Shown here: positions 25,102 through 37,470 of the stretch, one piece after another | Numbering within the stretch: position 1 is the stretch's first letter | How the letters are laid out: the number at the start of each line of letters is the position of its first letter | Source: the human T2T-CHM13v2.0 reference genome, Homo sapiens | NCBI RefSeq assembly: GCF_009914755.1 | Contig: NC_060936.1 | Length of the DNA: 64,000 bases | Strand: one strand, 5' to 3' | Made by a program: the position numbers and the translations under genes | The notes under the pieces: generated by a model | Told to the model about the DNA's origin: nothing | Database searches by the model: none | What the model saw: the letters and a program-made list of their open reading frames with translations, nothing else

Positions 25102-28079
25102 GTAAGTAAATTTTTTCATGCCTATGTTGTTTATCAAATTTTTTTTGTAGGGCAAAGAAGAAAACTTTTGCTCTCAGAGACTAGAAGCATGACAGAAAGC
25201 TACCCTTAGGTGATTTGGACTGGTTTGAAGTGCATGAAACAACAAACAGGGTATGGACACCTGTAACTGCTATTGCTCCCGTGGCTTCTAGTATTTCCAT
25301 CCTTCCTAATGTGAAGCTCACAGCTTGGGTTATAATGCACCATCAGTTGCTAATTTCTGCCTTTGGTGATGTTACTCTATTGGAAAGTGTATCCAAAAGA
25401 ATGTAGAAGAAAAGCTAGTAATTACTTCCGAATGGAGCTACATAGATACTGTGCTTGCTATAGAGTTAGAAGAACCTTCAGTGTGAAGTATCTGGGCTTT
25501 TCACACAGCAGAATTTAGTTGGGGTTAGTGCAATAACTTCTTCAGTCTCACTATCTGGCTGTTTCATCTCAGTCCATAACATGTTTTTGCTACTGAAAAT
25601 TCCTCCTGAGTCTTGGTGGATTTGATAAATATTGAGAATTTCAAATTCTGTCACAATTTACTTTCTGAAATTCTTCTCTGTTCAATGCCTACAGAATGTA
25701 TTTATCTCTGTGCTTTTATAGCAATTATGACAGAACTTGTATAACATTTGTCAAATAGTATCACGTTTGTTCTTAACCATTTTAAAGAGAGAACATGACT
25801 GTGCAGTAATGGCTGCTTGATTCAGAGGCATTTGGCCTTACTGTATCTGATTATGCATCCATAAAAGCTCGAGCTTTTCCACCTTATGACCAGCCCATCA
25901 TGTTTTGTTAACACTATTGATTGCTTTGGTTTGGCACCAATTGACCTAGCATGTCATCACCGTCAATGTCAGCATCTTTCACATTTAATACATAATTGTA
26001 AATGTAAGACTTGCTCATTACTGCAGAGGATCTTAATTACACCCAAAAGATCATAAAGAAGGAGGTTATAAGTAGTACTTGGAGGTGTTTCTTTTCACAT
26101 AATAATTTGGGAACTCCTTGATGTTATGAATCTTATTCACCTTCTTATCAGCAGATTGTGGCCCAGGGGAAGTAATTTTTAATCATTTACTGAATGGAAT
26201 TGAAATGTTAAGTATATATATTTGGTGAGAAATATATTTTACCACTAAGAGATATAGCTAAATAATTTTAGAACATTTTAAAATTTATAAATTAATTTAT
26301 TCAATAAAATTGTTTGCGTCTGCTATGTGCCATGCAAAGAGATTTTTTCAAAGCACTTATTTCAGATCTTGGTGATTTTTTAAAAAATAAATATTGGATA
26401 GAAACTTGAATGCTGCTAAGAAGAATGCTTTAAAAATATTGAGGTCATCAAGAGATCTTAAAGCTAAATTAATTTGTGTGGGCATCAATAGAATTGGAAT
26501 TTTCTCTGGCCAACCAGTGTACAAGTTGGCCACTCGTAACTGGTTCTGACATTTGGCTTAACTTAGTCTTCTTTGTAATCAATTATATCCAAAATTATTG
26601 AAAAAAGTGAAAAAGGTAATAAACATAATTAAAAGGGAACATTATTTCAGGTGCCTCATTGCTTTTCCAGTATTTTTTCTTTAATCCTTTTTTAATTCTT
26701 TCTGACCTCAGAGTCAGGTTGATAGGCAAAAGATTGCCTAGGCGTGGGGCATTTAACGTCAGCTTTAGCCTTTCCACATTATTTTGGCGTGTTCTTGGGG
26801 GAAAACCTTCCAGTGCAGTGTAAGTAGAGGTCCATGGATTTATTTCCTCACTTCCAGGAGTTTAACTGCGAATTGAGAAAGATTATAACCTCAACCTTCT
26901 TGTATTTATAGTCTCAACAGACTCAGAAAAGAGGATGTTGAGGTGCAGAGTAAATTTTAATTGAGAATATGGCTATAGAACTAGTATGAAATATTTACCT
27001 GAAAGGTGAAAATAAAGAAAGCATGGTTATTTTATTAATAATGCTGGTTGTAGAACAAAGATAAAGTTATAATTCCTGTTAAACTATTTTCAAGGATTGT
27101 TATCTATCATTAAAATGATGTAATGATAAATTTATTTAAATAGGCAGTATCCTCTTTGATCCAAACAGCTTTCCATATAGAAATAACTCATATGGAGAAA
27201 TATGTATCGACAGATTCCTTTCAATCCTAGTATTCAATGCTCCTAAAGCTATTATGTCAACTAGGAGGCATTTTAGTAGATATAAAGTTCATAAGACTGT
27301 CAAATTGGTTCTCCACATCTGAGAAATCTGCATGCATTTTAATAGAGAGTTAATATATTAAGACATTCCAATTTGTTCTTTCCAGGAAGTTGGATTAAAT
27401 GAAGGAAGGAATACATTATTTTTAATATATCAAGTAATTCAGAAATTAAGCCTTTGATGTTACAGAAAAATGTTATAATGTTTAATGCCAAGAAGAGTAT
27501 CTGAAAATGAAAATATATAATATTTCAGAATTTATTTCACCAATGAAATCACTGGGCAGCATATTTCCATATAACTTTATGTATAATGTATAAAGCAAGC
27601 TTTGACATTTTTTTAGGTAGTTAATATCAAAAGAGAAACTATAAAATTTTGTCTGCAGCTGTCTATGGAATCTCATTGATAAGTGATAATGAAGTCCCAA
27701 GCCCTGTATTTTCTCTAATTTTTAAAAAATGGATATACTGGAAAATACATTTAAAGAGATCTTTTGGAGTAGCCAAAATGGTATTAAATACATGTTTTTC
27801 AGAATTGTTTTAATTGATCACAACTTCTATGGAACCCTTTAAACTTGCTTTTTGAGGCAAATTTTGAGTAACTAGATTGTCAGTGTCCTCTTTCATTTAC
27901 CTAAGTTGGCATTAAATAATGTTTGGCTGTTTTAAAAGAACAATTTACTCTCATAAAAGAAACTATTGGTCTGAGGTACTCAAAATAATATACTACAAAT
28001 TCCGAAAGAGTTCAAAAAACATTTTGAACAAAGGTGTTGTTGTAAGAATTTCCCTTCTGATTTAACAATTTGTAATATT

Positions 28080-28330
28080 ACCAAATACCGCATATTCTCA
28101 CTCATAAGTGGGAGTTGAACAATGAGAACACATGGACACAGGGAGGAGAACATCACACACTGGGGCCTGTCAGGAGGTCAGCAGGCAAGGGAAGTGAGGG
28201 CATTAAGACAAATATCTAATGCATGAGGGGCTTAAAACCTAGATGATGGGTTGATGGGTGCAGCAAACCACCATGGCACGTGTCTATGTAACAAACCTGC
28301 ACGTTCTGCACATGTATCCCAGAACTTAAA
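28080..28330 (+). mobile_element. L1PA (L1PA8/10-like) 3' end, 5'-truncated
   Basis: accaaataccgcatattctcactcataagtgggagttgaacaatgagaacacatggacacaggg...tatcccagaacttaaa. Confidence 0.9.
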
Positions 28331-28353
28331 CCAATTTTTTTTTTGAAAATGTG

Positions 28354-28660
28354 GGCCGGGCATGGTGGCTCACGCCTGTAATCCCAGCACTTTGGGGGTC
28401 GAGGTGGACGGATCACCTGAGGTCAGGAGTTTGAGACCAGCCTGGCCAACATGGCGAAACCTCGTCTCTACTAAAAATACAAATTAGCTGGGCATGGTGT
28501 CGTGTGAGCCTGTAGTTCCAGCTACTGGGGAGGCTGAGGCAGGAGAATCGCTTCAACCCAGGAGGCAGAGTTTACAGTGAGCCGAGATAGCACCATTGAA
28601 CTCCAGCATGGGCAACAAGAGCAAGACTCCATCTAAAAGAAAAAACTAAAAAAAAAAAAA
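28354..28660 (+). mobile_element. AluS (Sq-like)
   Basis: ggccgggcatggtggctcacgcc...gcaacaagagcaagactcc + A tail. Confidence 0.92.
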
Positions 28661-28996
28661 TTGATGGATTTTTAGACGCATTTTCTAAAATATCACTGAT
28701 GTTACTATAATAGTCAAATCACATGGGCTTGTTTTTTGCTATTGTTTTGAAATTTTTCTTGAATAAATGTCAGAATTGCACTATTTTTTTTTCTATATTT
28801 CAGACATGCATAGCACTTGGAGTGTAATATACTTTAGGGCTTTAAATCTCAGTTGTCCTACACATGTGGAATGAAAGAACTGATGTTCAGCCAACTCGTC
28901 AGCTCTTTTTTTTCTAATGTATCACATTTGATAGATGATATTAGCATGCATGACATATTCCCAAAAACTCTAATTGTAACTCCACTTTCCCTTCCA

Positions 28997-29120
28997 AAGA
29001 AATGAAAGAAAGAGAGAGAGAGAAAGGAAGGAAGGAAGGAAAAAGAAAAGAGAAGAGAAAAGAAAAGAAAAAAGAAAAGAAGGGAGGGAGGAAAGAAGGA
29101 AGGGAGGAAAGAAAGACAGG
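28997..29120. repeat. GA-rich low complexity ((GAAA)n/(GGAA)n)
   Basis: Polypurine tract. Confidence 0.9.
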
Positions 29121-30659
29121 AACCGTCAACATTTCATCAATAGAAACAAAATACATGAAGAATATCTCATAACTGGTTGACTCACGTAAATTCTTGGAGA
29201 ACAGCAGAATTCGGAGCTAGCAATCTAGGATATCAATACATGACTCAGATTAACTGAATGTCAGCGGAATCTATTCTATGCCAACATACAGATATGGAGA
29301 ATATACTTAACGCATTTGTTCATTAAGAGGTCCATCTTTATATCCCCACAGTGTTGTTGCTGATGCGCAGCTTGGCTTTCTTTCATCTGTGTCATGCAAG
29401 TACCCACTTCTTTTTTCATCTTGTTTTAGGGGTGAATGACTGAGAGAGTAACCTGTTTGATAGTACTGTATAGACTTTTTCAACCTCTTCGTTCTTGTAG
29501 ACATTCTTATTATCCTTTCCCATATATCAGGATGGGGTGTTTTTCCATCCTTTTGCATATCTCCTGATCTTATAAGGACCCCTGATGTATATAGCCTCAC
29601 TTGGAAATAATTAGTGCCTACTATGTTTATTCCTGGAAAATAATTCTTTTCTGTCTTCTGAACACATTTCAAAGCAAGCTCTCTCTTTTAGATTCTTTAA
29701 TTCAGGGCACTCTTTTTTCTTCTTTTTTTTTAATGTTACCTCTTTGATGTTATCTTTGAAATCGTAGCACTTGTCGAAATACCTGGCTTTCAGTAAGCTT
29801 CATAAATGCTTGTGGATTGAGGGAGTGATTCAGTCTTGCACTGCTGATCTAGCTCATGCAGGTCTGGAAGATTTTTCTCTGATTTTCCTCATTCTTGCTA
29901 GCTCCTATTAGCACTTGCTTGTCTGAGGTTTTTATATGTCCTTGTTCACTGCGTTCATTATAATTCACAAGAAAATCTTTAACAACACTGTTCAAACCCT
30001 AGCAATCCATAGACCAACTCAGGCACTGCTTACACACTGCTTTATACTATCCTCAGTTTGAAAGTCTTTAATTGGATTATTCACGTTCAGTTTTATCACA
30101 GTCGTTACAATTTCTCATTGTTTTATATAGGCCCCATCCACATGGCTTTGTTATCTGCCTGGTTGTGGTGGACAATGAGATCTTGACTCCAATCTAATTT
30201 ATGTCTGCTAAGAACTAATTATAATGTGCAGGGAACAGGTCAATAAAATTTATTCAAAGAAGAGGAGGAGGAGGAGAAAAAGAAAGATAGTTAAAATTTG
30301 AACGATAAATATTTAAACATTCTAAAAACAGAAAATGGACATCTATAAACTCAGCTGCCACATTTGCCTCTGATTTATTTTTGAGAAATAAAATCTTATA
30401 CTCTAAACTCTCCTCCTCTACTTGCCTTCCTTCTCAAAGCAAACAACTATCAAACTTACTATATATCTTTTCTCTGAAGATTTTTATTACTGTTCTTACA
30501 TACATTTGCATCCATAATAAAGTTTAACATTCTTTCCTAAATCCTAACATATTAGACTACCTTAAAAAGCTTTTCTTCTTTTTCAGCTAATGTTATGTTT
30601 TAATACATTATTATTTTGATACTTGAAGACTTAGTTTACTTGTTTTCACAGTAGTGTAG

Positions 30660-31078
30660 TGATAGACTGAATATAGAAATGGGCAATAGCCATAGTATGA
30701 ACAAAAATAGAACTTTGACTCACAACCTCTGCATCAGTCAGCCCAAAACAGTAAATTACTTGGTCAAATAACTGTTCGCTTCTCTAATTTTGTTCCTGTT
30801 TCCAACTCAGGACCAACCAGAAAAAGTTATATATGCTGCCCTTACCAATTACATAGATGCTTTGCTTCTAGTTAGCCCACTTTCAGCTTTCCCTTTCCAA
30901 CAACTTTCAATCACAGAACACTTCAAACATTCCCCTTCTTCTACCATAACATTTTCCCACTCCCCTCCCTGCCTTTGAGTCTCTGCCAAATAAGCGATGG
31001 TAGCTGACTCCCTTGCTGGAGCAATCTCTCAGTAAATAGCCTTTGCTTGTGTTCATTTTGGAAGTCTTTATTTGAACA
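30660..31078 (+). mobile_element. ERV1-class solo LTR (MER31-like)
   Basis: TG...CA ends with exact 4-bp TSD GTAG (30656-30659, 31079-31082); motifs caggaccaaccagaaaaag, cttctagttagccc, gctgactcccttgct. Confidence 0.75.
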
Positions 31079-31084
31079 GTAGTA

Positions 31085-31427
31085 CAGTCATGTGTCAATG
31101 ACATGGATACATTCTGATGAATGTGTTATTAGGTGATTTTGCCATAGTGAGAACATCCTGGAGGGTAGTTACACAAATCTAGATGGTATAGCCTGCTACA
31201 TACCAGGCTATGTGATATAGCCTATTACTCTCAGGCTACAAACCTGTATAGCATGTTAATGTGCTGAAAACTATAGGCAACTGTAACTCAAAGGCAAATA
31301 TTTGTGTATATAAATATGGCTAAACATAGAAAAGGCATAGTAAAAATATGGTATTATAATCTTATGAGACCACTGTCATATATGCAGTCCATCGCTCACT
31401 GAAATGTCATTATGTGGCCCATGACTG
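31085..31427 (-). mobile_element. Tigger3a (TcMar-Tigger) DNA transposon
   Basis: TIRs cagtcatg...catgactg, left TA target site; internal ctagatggtatagcct, ggctacaaacctgta, ataatcttatgagaccactgtc. Confidence 0.85.
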
Positions 31428-31933
31428 TCTTCAGATTCTACATCCATTCTCACAAAATTCTAAGTAAACTTATTCTCACAAATATTCTAAGTAAACTCTT
31501 GCATATATATGTATATATATTTATGTTCATATATATGCAAGAGTTTATTTAGATATGGACAGAAATATATATATATATATATGGATATTATATATATGGA
31601 TATATATGCAAGAGTGTACTTAGACTATTTGCCATAAAATGAAATGATAGTTTAGATTAGTTATTACTTCAGCTTTGTTTAACTCTTCCCAAATTGCTAT
31701 CCAAGCTTTGAACAAATTTACTTTTTACCAGTAAGAGTTTCTGTTTCCCAAATCTTTATCAATAATTAGTCTTATCAGACTTTTTATTTTTTGGCAATTA
31801 CCAGGGATACTGCAGGCTAGGGCAGTAATAACAAAAAAAAATCAACAGCTTCATTTAATAAAAAATGTTTTATTATTCATGTAGATTACATTGCTGTTCT
31901 GAGTATAGACCAGTTTGGAAGGGAGATTAATAT

Positions 31934-32350
31934 TGTCAAAAATAAAATCAGATCAAAAAAAAATTGTAGTTTATTGTGTATACAAATGAAACATTCACAA
32001 ACTGGGAGACCTCAAACCAAAGTGGTACGTCCTGGTCAGAGCAGTTACAGTGCAGCATGTAAAGCATAAATGAGGGCATACATTGATTTTTATTGGGATT
32101 GGCTATCATAAACTTACATTCCTTTTAGGCAAGTAGAACTGTTGAAACTTATTGATCTGTCACTGATTTGTTTAATTTGGCTGATTTATGCTGTCAAAGA
32201 ACAGAAAGATTATGTTTTGTGTTTTTTTAAAAATAATTAGAGCTAGCATTTTGGGGAAAATCACAATAACTTGAGTTTTGGCTATGTGGCTATAGGCTGT
32301 TGGCCTTGAGATATCTAAACTATATCCTCCATTTTAAATTTTGTAAACCA
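31934..32350 (-). mobile_element. LTR37-like solo LTR nested in old L1
   Basis: rc start ..aaaatttaaaatggagg..tttagatatctcaaggccaacagcctatagccacatagccaaaac; L1 ORF2 sequence (gggaga..|tcttaacaatat) split around it. Confidence 0.6.
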
Positions 32351-32667
32351 TATCTTAACAATATGGAGTATTCCAATATATGAACATTTACTAGGTCTTT
32401 AAAAGTTTGTGATGCAGATTTCTGTGAAAGTCTTACATATTTTTTGGCAAATTTATTCTTTAATATTTTATGTTTTAAGAGATTTTGTAAGTGCTATCTA
32501 AACTTTTGAAAACTAACTGCTAGTATATAGAAATATTATGTTTTGTATAAACACCTCGTATCCAGTTGCCTTGCTAGAGTCACTTATTAATTCTAATTTG
32601 ATAGATCATTCTGAAATTTTTGGTCATCTGAAAATTTAAATAGTACTTCTTTTTCTCTATCTTTAGG

Positions 32668-32800
32668 GTTTCTGTTTGAGACAGGGTCTCACTCTGTTGC
32701 CTGAGTGAGAGTGCAGCAGCATGATCAGCTCACTGCATTCTTGAACTCCTGGCCTCCACTAATCCTCTCAAACTCAGCCTCCTAAAGTGTTAGAATTACA
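32668..32800 (-). mobile_element. FLAM / Alu monomer
   Basis: gagacagggtctcactctgttgc...ctcagcctcctaaagtgttagaattaca, single arm. Confidence 0.75.
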
Positions 32801-32951
32801 GTCCATTTGTTAATCATAGGTTTAAAAATATCTTTTCCTATGCCTGTCTTTTCAATGTGTTGATTTTATCCTTTGACATACTGAAAACTTTAATTTTAAT
32901 GACGTGAATTAGACTTATTTTCCTTAAACTAATTCTCTAATGCCAATAGTC

Positions 32952-32962
32952 TTTTGTTTATT

Positions 32963-33001
<39 letters not shown>

Positions 33002-33280
33002 GAGACAGAGTCTCACTACCATTGCCCAGGCTGGACTACAGTGGTGCAATCTTAGCTCACTGCAGCCTCAACTTCCCGAGCTCAGGTGATCCTCCCACCT
33101 TAGCCTCATGAATAGCTGGGAGTACAGGTGTGCACCATCACACCCAGCTAATTCTTGTATTTTTTGTAGAAACGTTTTGCCATTTTGCTCAGGCTGGTCT
33201 TGAACTCCTGGGCTCAAGTGATCTGCCAACCTCAGCATCCCAAAGGGTTAGGATTATAGGCATGAGGCACTGTACCCAGC
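32952..33280 (-). mobile_element. AluJ with (TTTA)n tail
   Basis: (ttta)n then gagacagagtctc...gcactgtacccagc. Confidence 0.9.
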
Positions 33281-33299
33281 ATATTTTCATAAAGCCATA

Positions 33300-34320
33300 T
33301 TTAACCTGATATTAATAACTATATACTTAGTTTATTTTGGGTAGTATTTAACCTAAATGTATTTTTAAATCCATTTATTTTCAATATTAGGAAACCTTTG
33401 ACTTTCAGATGTGTCTCCTTTAAAAAATATATTGCTTAAAAAAATGAAAATGCATTTCTTTTAACATATATGCTTAGTTTATTTATATTTATTGAAATAT
33501 TTAATATCTTCAGACATTTTTATTTACTTTGTTCTTTTTCATTAGTACATTTTGTTGATAATCTTTTATACATTTTCTTGTCTGCTTTTGTTTTTTCATG
33601 TATTTCATTCTTATGTATGTACATATTTATTTTTATTCAGTTTTTCAAAATTTATATTCCTTATTTTTTTGTAATGCTCATTCTTAAAAAAGTATCACAA
33701 ATATTTAGCACATGTAGATTTATATAAATTTCCTTATAATTTCTCTCTGGTTTTAGGGGTATCCAGGAACATATTTTTAATCTTTTATATCAATTTGATC
33801 TTTTGTACCAAAGTTTATACACATGTAGCTTGGAAGTTATTTTTCTGTTGTTCCAATTTTATCTTATTTTTATAAGAAAACTCTAGTTCTAGGTGATATG
33901 AATGATTTCATCTTTGTTGCAACTTCTTTTTTATCTCAGCAAATGATTAATATTTATAAATTTTCTATATAACTTTAAAAAAGATCTTTAAATATTTGGT
34001 TTGACGTATATATAAGTTGATATTGGCTAATATTAGCTGACATATAAGAGATGATAATAACTCATTAACTGAGTTGATTAATTTTCTATATATTACTAAT
34101 TTGATTTAGTTTTCTTATTTCTATCTTTCTGATTGTGTTATATTAAAAATAATTGTTATAAATGTGCATTTTTAAATTCATCCTCATAATTCTGTTTATT
34201 TTTACCTTATATATTTGGAGGCTATATTGTTGGATGCATGAAGTTCAGCATTGTTATATTTTTCTACATTTTTTTCTTTTTGCTGTTTAATGCTTTATCT
34301 CTAAAACACTTTATTTCTAA
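33300..34320 (-). mobile_element. Highly diverged L1ME fragments
   Basis: T-rich antisense L1 motifs (atatttggaggctatattgttggatgcatgaagttcag; gatattaataactata). Confidence 0.45.
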
Positions 34321-34340
34321 TAATGCTTTTTTTTTTACAG

Positions 34341-34405
34341 ATGCCTAAACATCCTTTATTACAAACAGCTATGAGAATTTTGAGGCCAAGGATATGATTG
34401 CAACA
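34341..34405 (+). ncRNA. Candidate non-coding exon (65 nt)
   Basis: ctaat branch motif + ttttttttttacag| acceptor; ACA|GTAAGG donor; stops in all frames. Confidence 0.25.
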
Positions 34406-35764
34406 GTAAGGTTTGATTTACATGGATAAGCTTTCTTCCCCATGAAAACACTATGTGTCACTTCACACTTTGTCTAACACACACACTTAAATCTCCACCG
34501 TATCTGGCACCCTATCTGGCACCCTATCTGAATTTCTGTTCCTTGTCTGTCAAACGAATTCCATAACTTTCTTGTCTCCTTTTATTTTTAAAGTAATAAT
34601 CCAATTTAAAGCTTCAATTTCAAATTAAATCTAAATTGTACTTTCTTATATTGAACAACTTCAGTCCGTTGCTCAAGGAATTTCAAGTGCAAAAGTTGTT
34701 CTAATCTATTCTTTCTCATTCGGTAAGTCCTGCAGGTTCCAGGATGCCTGAAAACATGTATATGTGACAAGTTCCCAGGTAATTATGCATTTGGATTGCG
34801 AATCACACTGAGTAGCTATACACAGAAAACACAGTTTTGCTAGTGCAACTGGCTGCATTTTATTTCTTTGCTGTTCTGGTTCAGTTAGATTTTTTCTGCT
34901 GATGGTGGCTTCCCACTGATGTTCTGGTGATATAGATGTCATCTGTGGCTATTTGGAATGGTGTTCAGTATTATTCTGAGCTCACTCTCTTACCAAGAAC
35001 TGCTCTGTTCAGATTTACATAAACTCATTTGGCTCCATCAGTAGGTAATGCTACCAATGGCATGGCACTGAAGCTATGTGGGCAATCCCATGTCACTATC
35101 TCATTACTCATTATTCAATTTCTTTATGAGACTCCAATGAGAACTGAAATGAGGTGAAGATTTTCCCATGTACTCTCCAGACACACAACTCCTCTGTTCT
35201 GCTTTGTGTTGCTGTAAATCCACTAATCCGACATGCCTTTTGCCTCAGTAGAGTACCCAACGAGTGAGTGAGATGCAAGTCTTTCTTTCTTTACACTTCC
35301 AACATCCACTGTACACTTGATCCACTTGGGCCCTCTCTTGCCCAAAAAAATCATGTCTTGTTTTTCATAGGGTAGATTTATTGCTGGAAAGTGACTGACC
35401 AGTCAGGAACTGCCTTTCCTTGCTCTCTTTGCCTACAGATGTGCCTATCTGACTAGTTCTCACCAGTGTGGATAGAAGTCATACGTGTTACTAATATTTC
35501 TAGTTATGGTTTCTAGTGCTAATCCTAAGACCACAGGGAAAATTCAGCTCAATATTCAATTACACATAAGTTAAAGTTTACAAATGTTCCTACCATTATC
35601 ACAAAAATGAAGACTTTAGTTCTTACTTGCCTCCTATGTTAAACATATCTTTAGTAATACTTTAAACTCTCCTCCAAATAATTTTATTTTTAAATGTCTG
35701 TGCTTATTCAGGTTTATCCATGCTTATTAATTGTTTTGTCTAACTTTGCTATTTGCCTCTCATG

Positions 35765-36261
35765 CTTTGTCAGGCATTGTTTATATGTGACCCATCCAAT
35801 ATCCTTCTTATCCTCTGTACTTAGAATGGTGCACAGCAGAGTAGTCCACATGATGTAATTTTGGCCAATGAGATACAAACAGAGGATATTTGTTAAGGAT
35901 TCTAGGAAATGCATTTTCCTGATAAAAAGGGACAACCTTATTGGTATTTGATGATTCTCCTTCACAACTTCCCTCTTTCTTCCTGACTAAAAATGTGGAT
36001 GCAATATCTGGAGATACAAGAGCTAACTGGAAAGCATAAGGAAGACAGTCAGTTGTTAGAAAAAGAAAAAAGAGAGAAAGAGGATAATAGAAAAATGCTG
36101 TAATTTGGATGACATTTTGTAGTTGCAAATCTCTGAAAATCTCTGAACTTCCTACATCTGAACTTATTCTCATGTGCTGAAAATAAACTTTTATGGTTTA
36201 ACATTACACCCTTGTTTGGGGATCTCTCTTACATGCAGCTGAATTCAATTCTGATGGATAC
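35765..36261 (+). mobile_element. LTR33-like (ERVL) LTR
   Basis: ttttggccaatgagata..tttcctgataaaaaggga..aatgtggatgcaatatctgga..aataaac..ttacatgcagctgaa. Confidence 0.6.
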
Positions 36262-37292
36262 CCCACTTCTTCTTTCTATATACTTCTTACTGCAGAATAT
36301 CCTACAAGGGCATTTTTGGTGCAAGACTAGAAGTCATAAAGTCTTGTTGTTTGTTTGTTTTGTTTTAATTTTTGTCCTAACATATCTTTATTTAGCTATG
36401 TTCATTTCATAATATAGAATTACAGGTTGACGATTATTTTCCCTGAGCTTCTAGAAGCTATTTTGAGCTGTCTTTTTAAATCTAGAAAACTAAATTTTCA
36501 TTCATATCTTTTAAGCTTAGCTGAATATCTAATGGCTGTTTTCTTAATAAGTGTATTGTCAGTAGAAGGGAAACCATACGAGGCTATTCTACCATGTTGC
36601 AGTAACAAAAATATAACCACTACAGAATTATATTTGATAAGATCATGTTCTGAAATTACTTTTGATAACTCCCCATCATGAGGATGAGATGGTGGGTGGT
36701 TGAGGAGGTGAGAAATATAATAAATACAATTAAAAAGACAGAATTTTTATTAAATTTGAGTTCTTGGGGTTCAGTTTTTTGAGCCTACAAAAATAGATTA
36801 ATATTGAGGCAATCTGTAGGTGATCCACTACAACAATAAAATTAAGACTTTTAGTAAAGCCAATATTTTTAGTCCTAAATCAACAATAGCATAATAACTG
36901 ATATTCAACATAAAAAATTTATTAAAGATATCTGGTTAATATGACGCAAAATAGGCTATAACTGAAGCATTATGATAAAATTATTCCAAGAAACAATAAT
37001 CTTCCAGTTTTGTTATCAGAGGACAATGATAATTTATAATTGTATACCAAATAGAATATTAGTATCTAGTGGATTTATGAAGGATTTTAGAGAAAATTGT
37101 GTAAATGATGACCTTTTATTAATGCTTCAACACTATTACCATAGCTCTACTGAGAGTCATATTATTTTTATGTTTTCCAGTATAGGACTTGTCCTACTTC
37201 AATGATTATGAAGTAAACATTAAAATTGTATTAGAAACTGTTTAGCTCCAAAAATTGTTTTTCTATTTTAAAATGTAAATATGGATATTCTT

Positions 37293-37470
37293 AGGGCTAT
37301 GCTGGTAACTGTTTTTCCAGAAAAAAATAATAAAAGGCCAATTTTTATATTTGTTGATTTCTATCATGTAAATAGTTCCACCATAGCCAATTTCAAGTTT
37401 CCAGTGTGAGATCACTGAGCACAAAGTTTGTAAAGAGCACCACTGTATCTTTTGAGCTGGTACAGGCCAC
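37293..37470 (-). mobile_element. MER63A (hAT-Blackjack)
   Basis: tgctggtaa...gatttctatcatgtaaatagttccaccatagccaatttcaag...tcactgagcacaaagtt matches MER63A rc. Confidence 0.65.

Noticed and set aside
29307-29672. 121-aa minus-strand ORF
   Set aside because: No recognisable domain, non-ATG start, appears to overlap decayed L2-like sequence; length compatible with chance
34499-34530. 12-bp tandem repeat (ctatctggcacc)
   Set aside because: Ordinary short slippage duplication with no further structure
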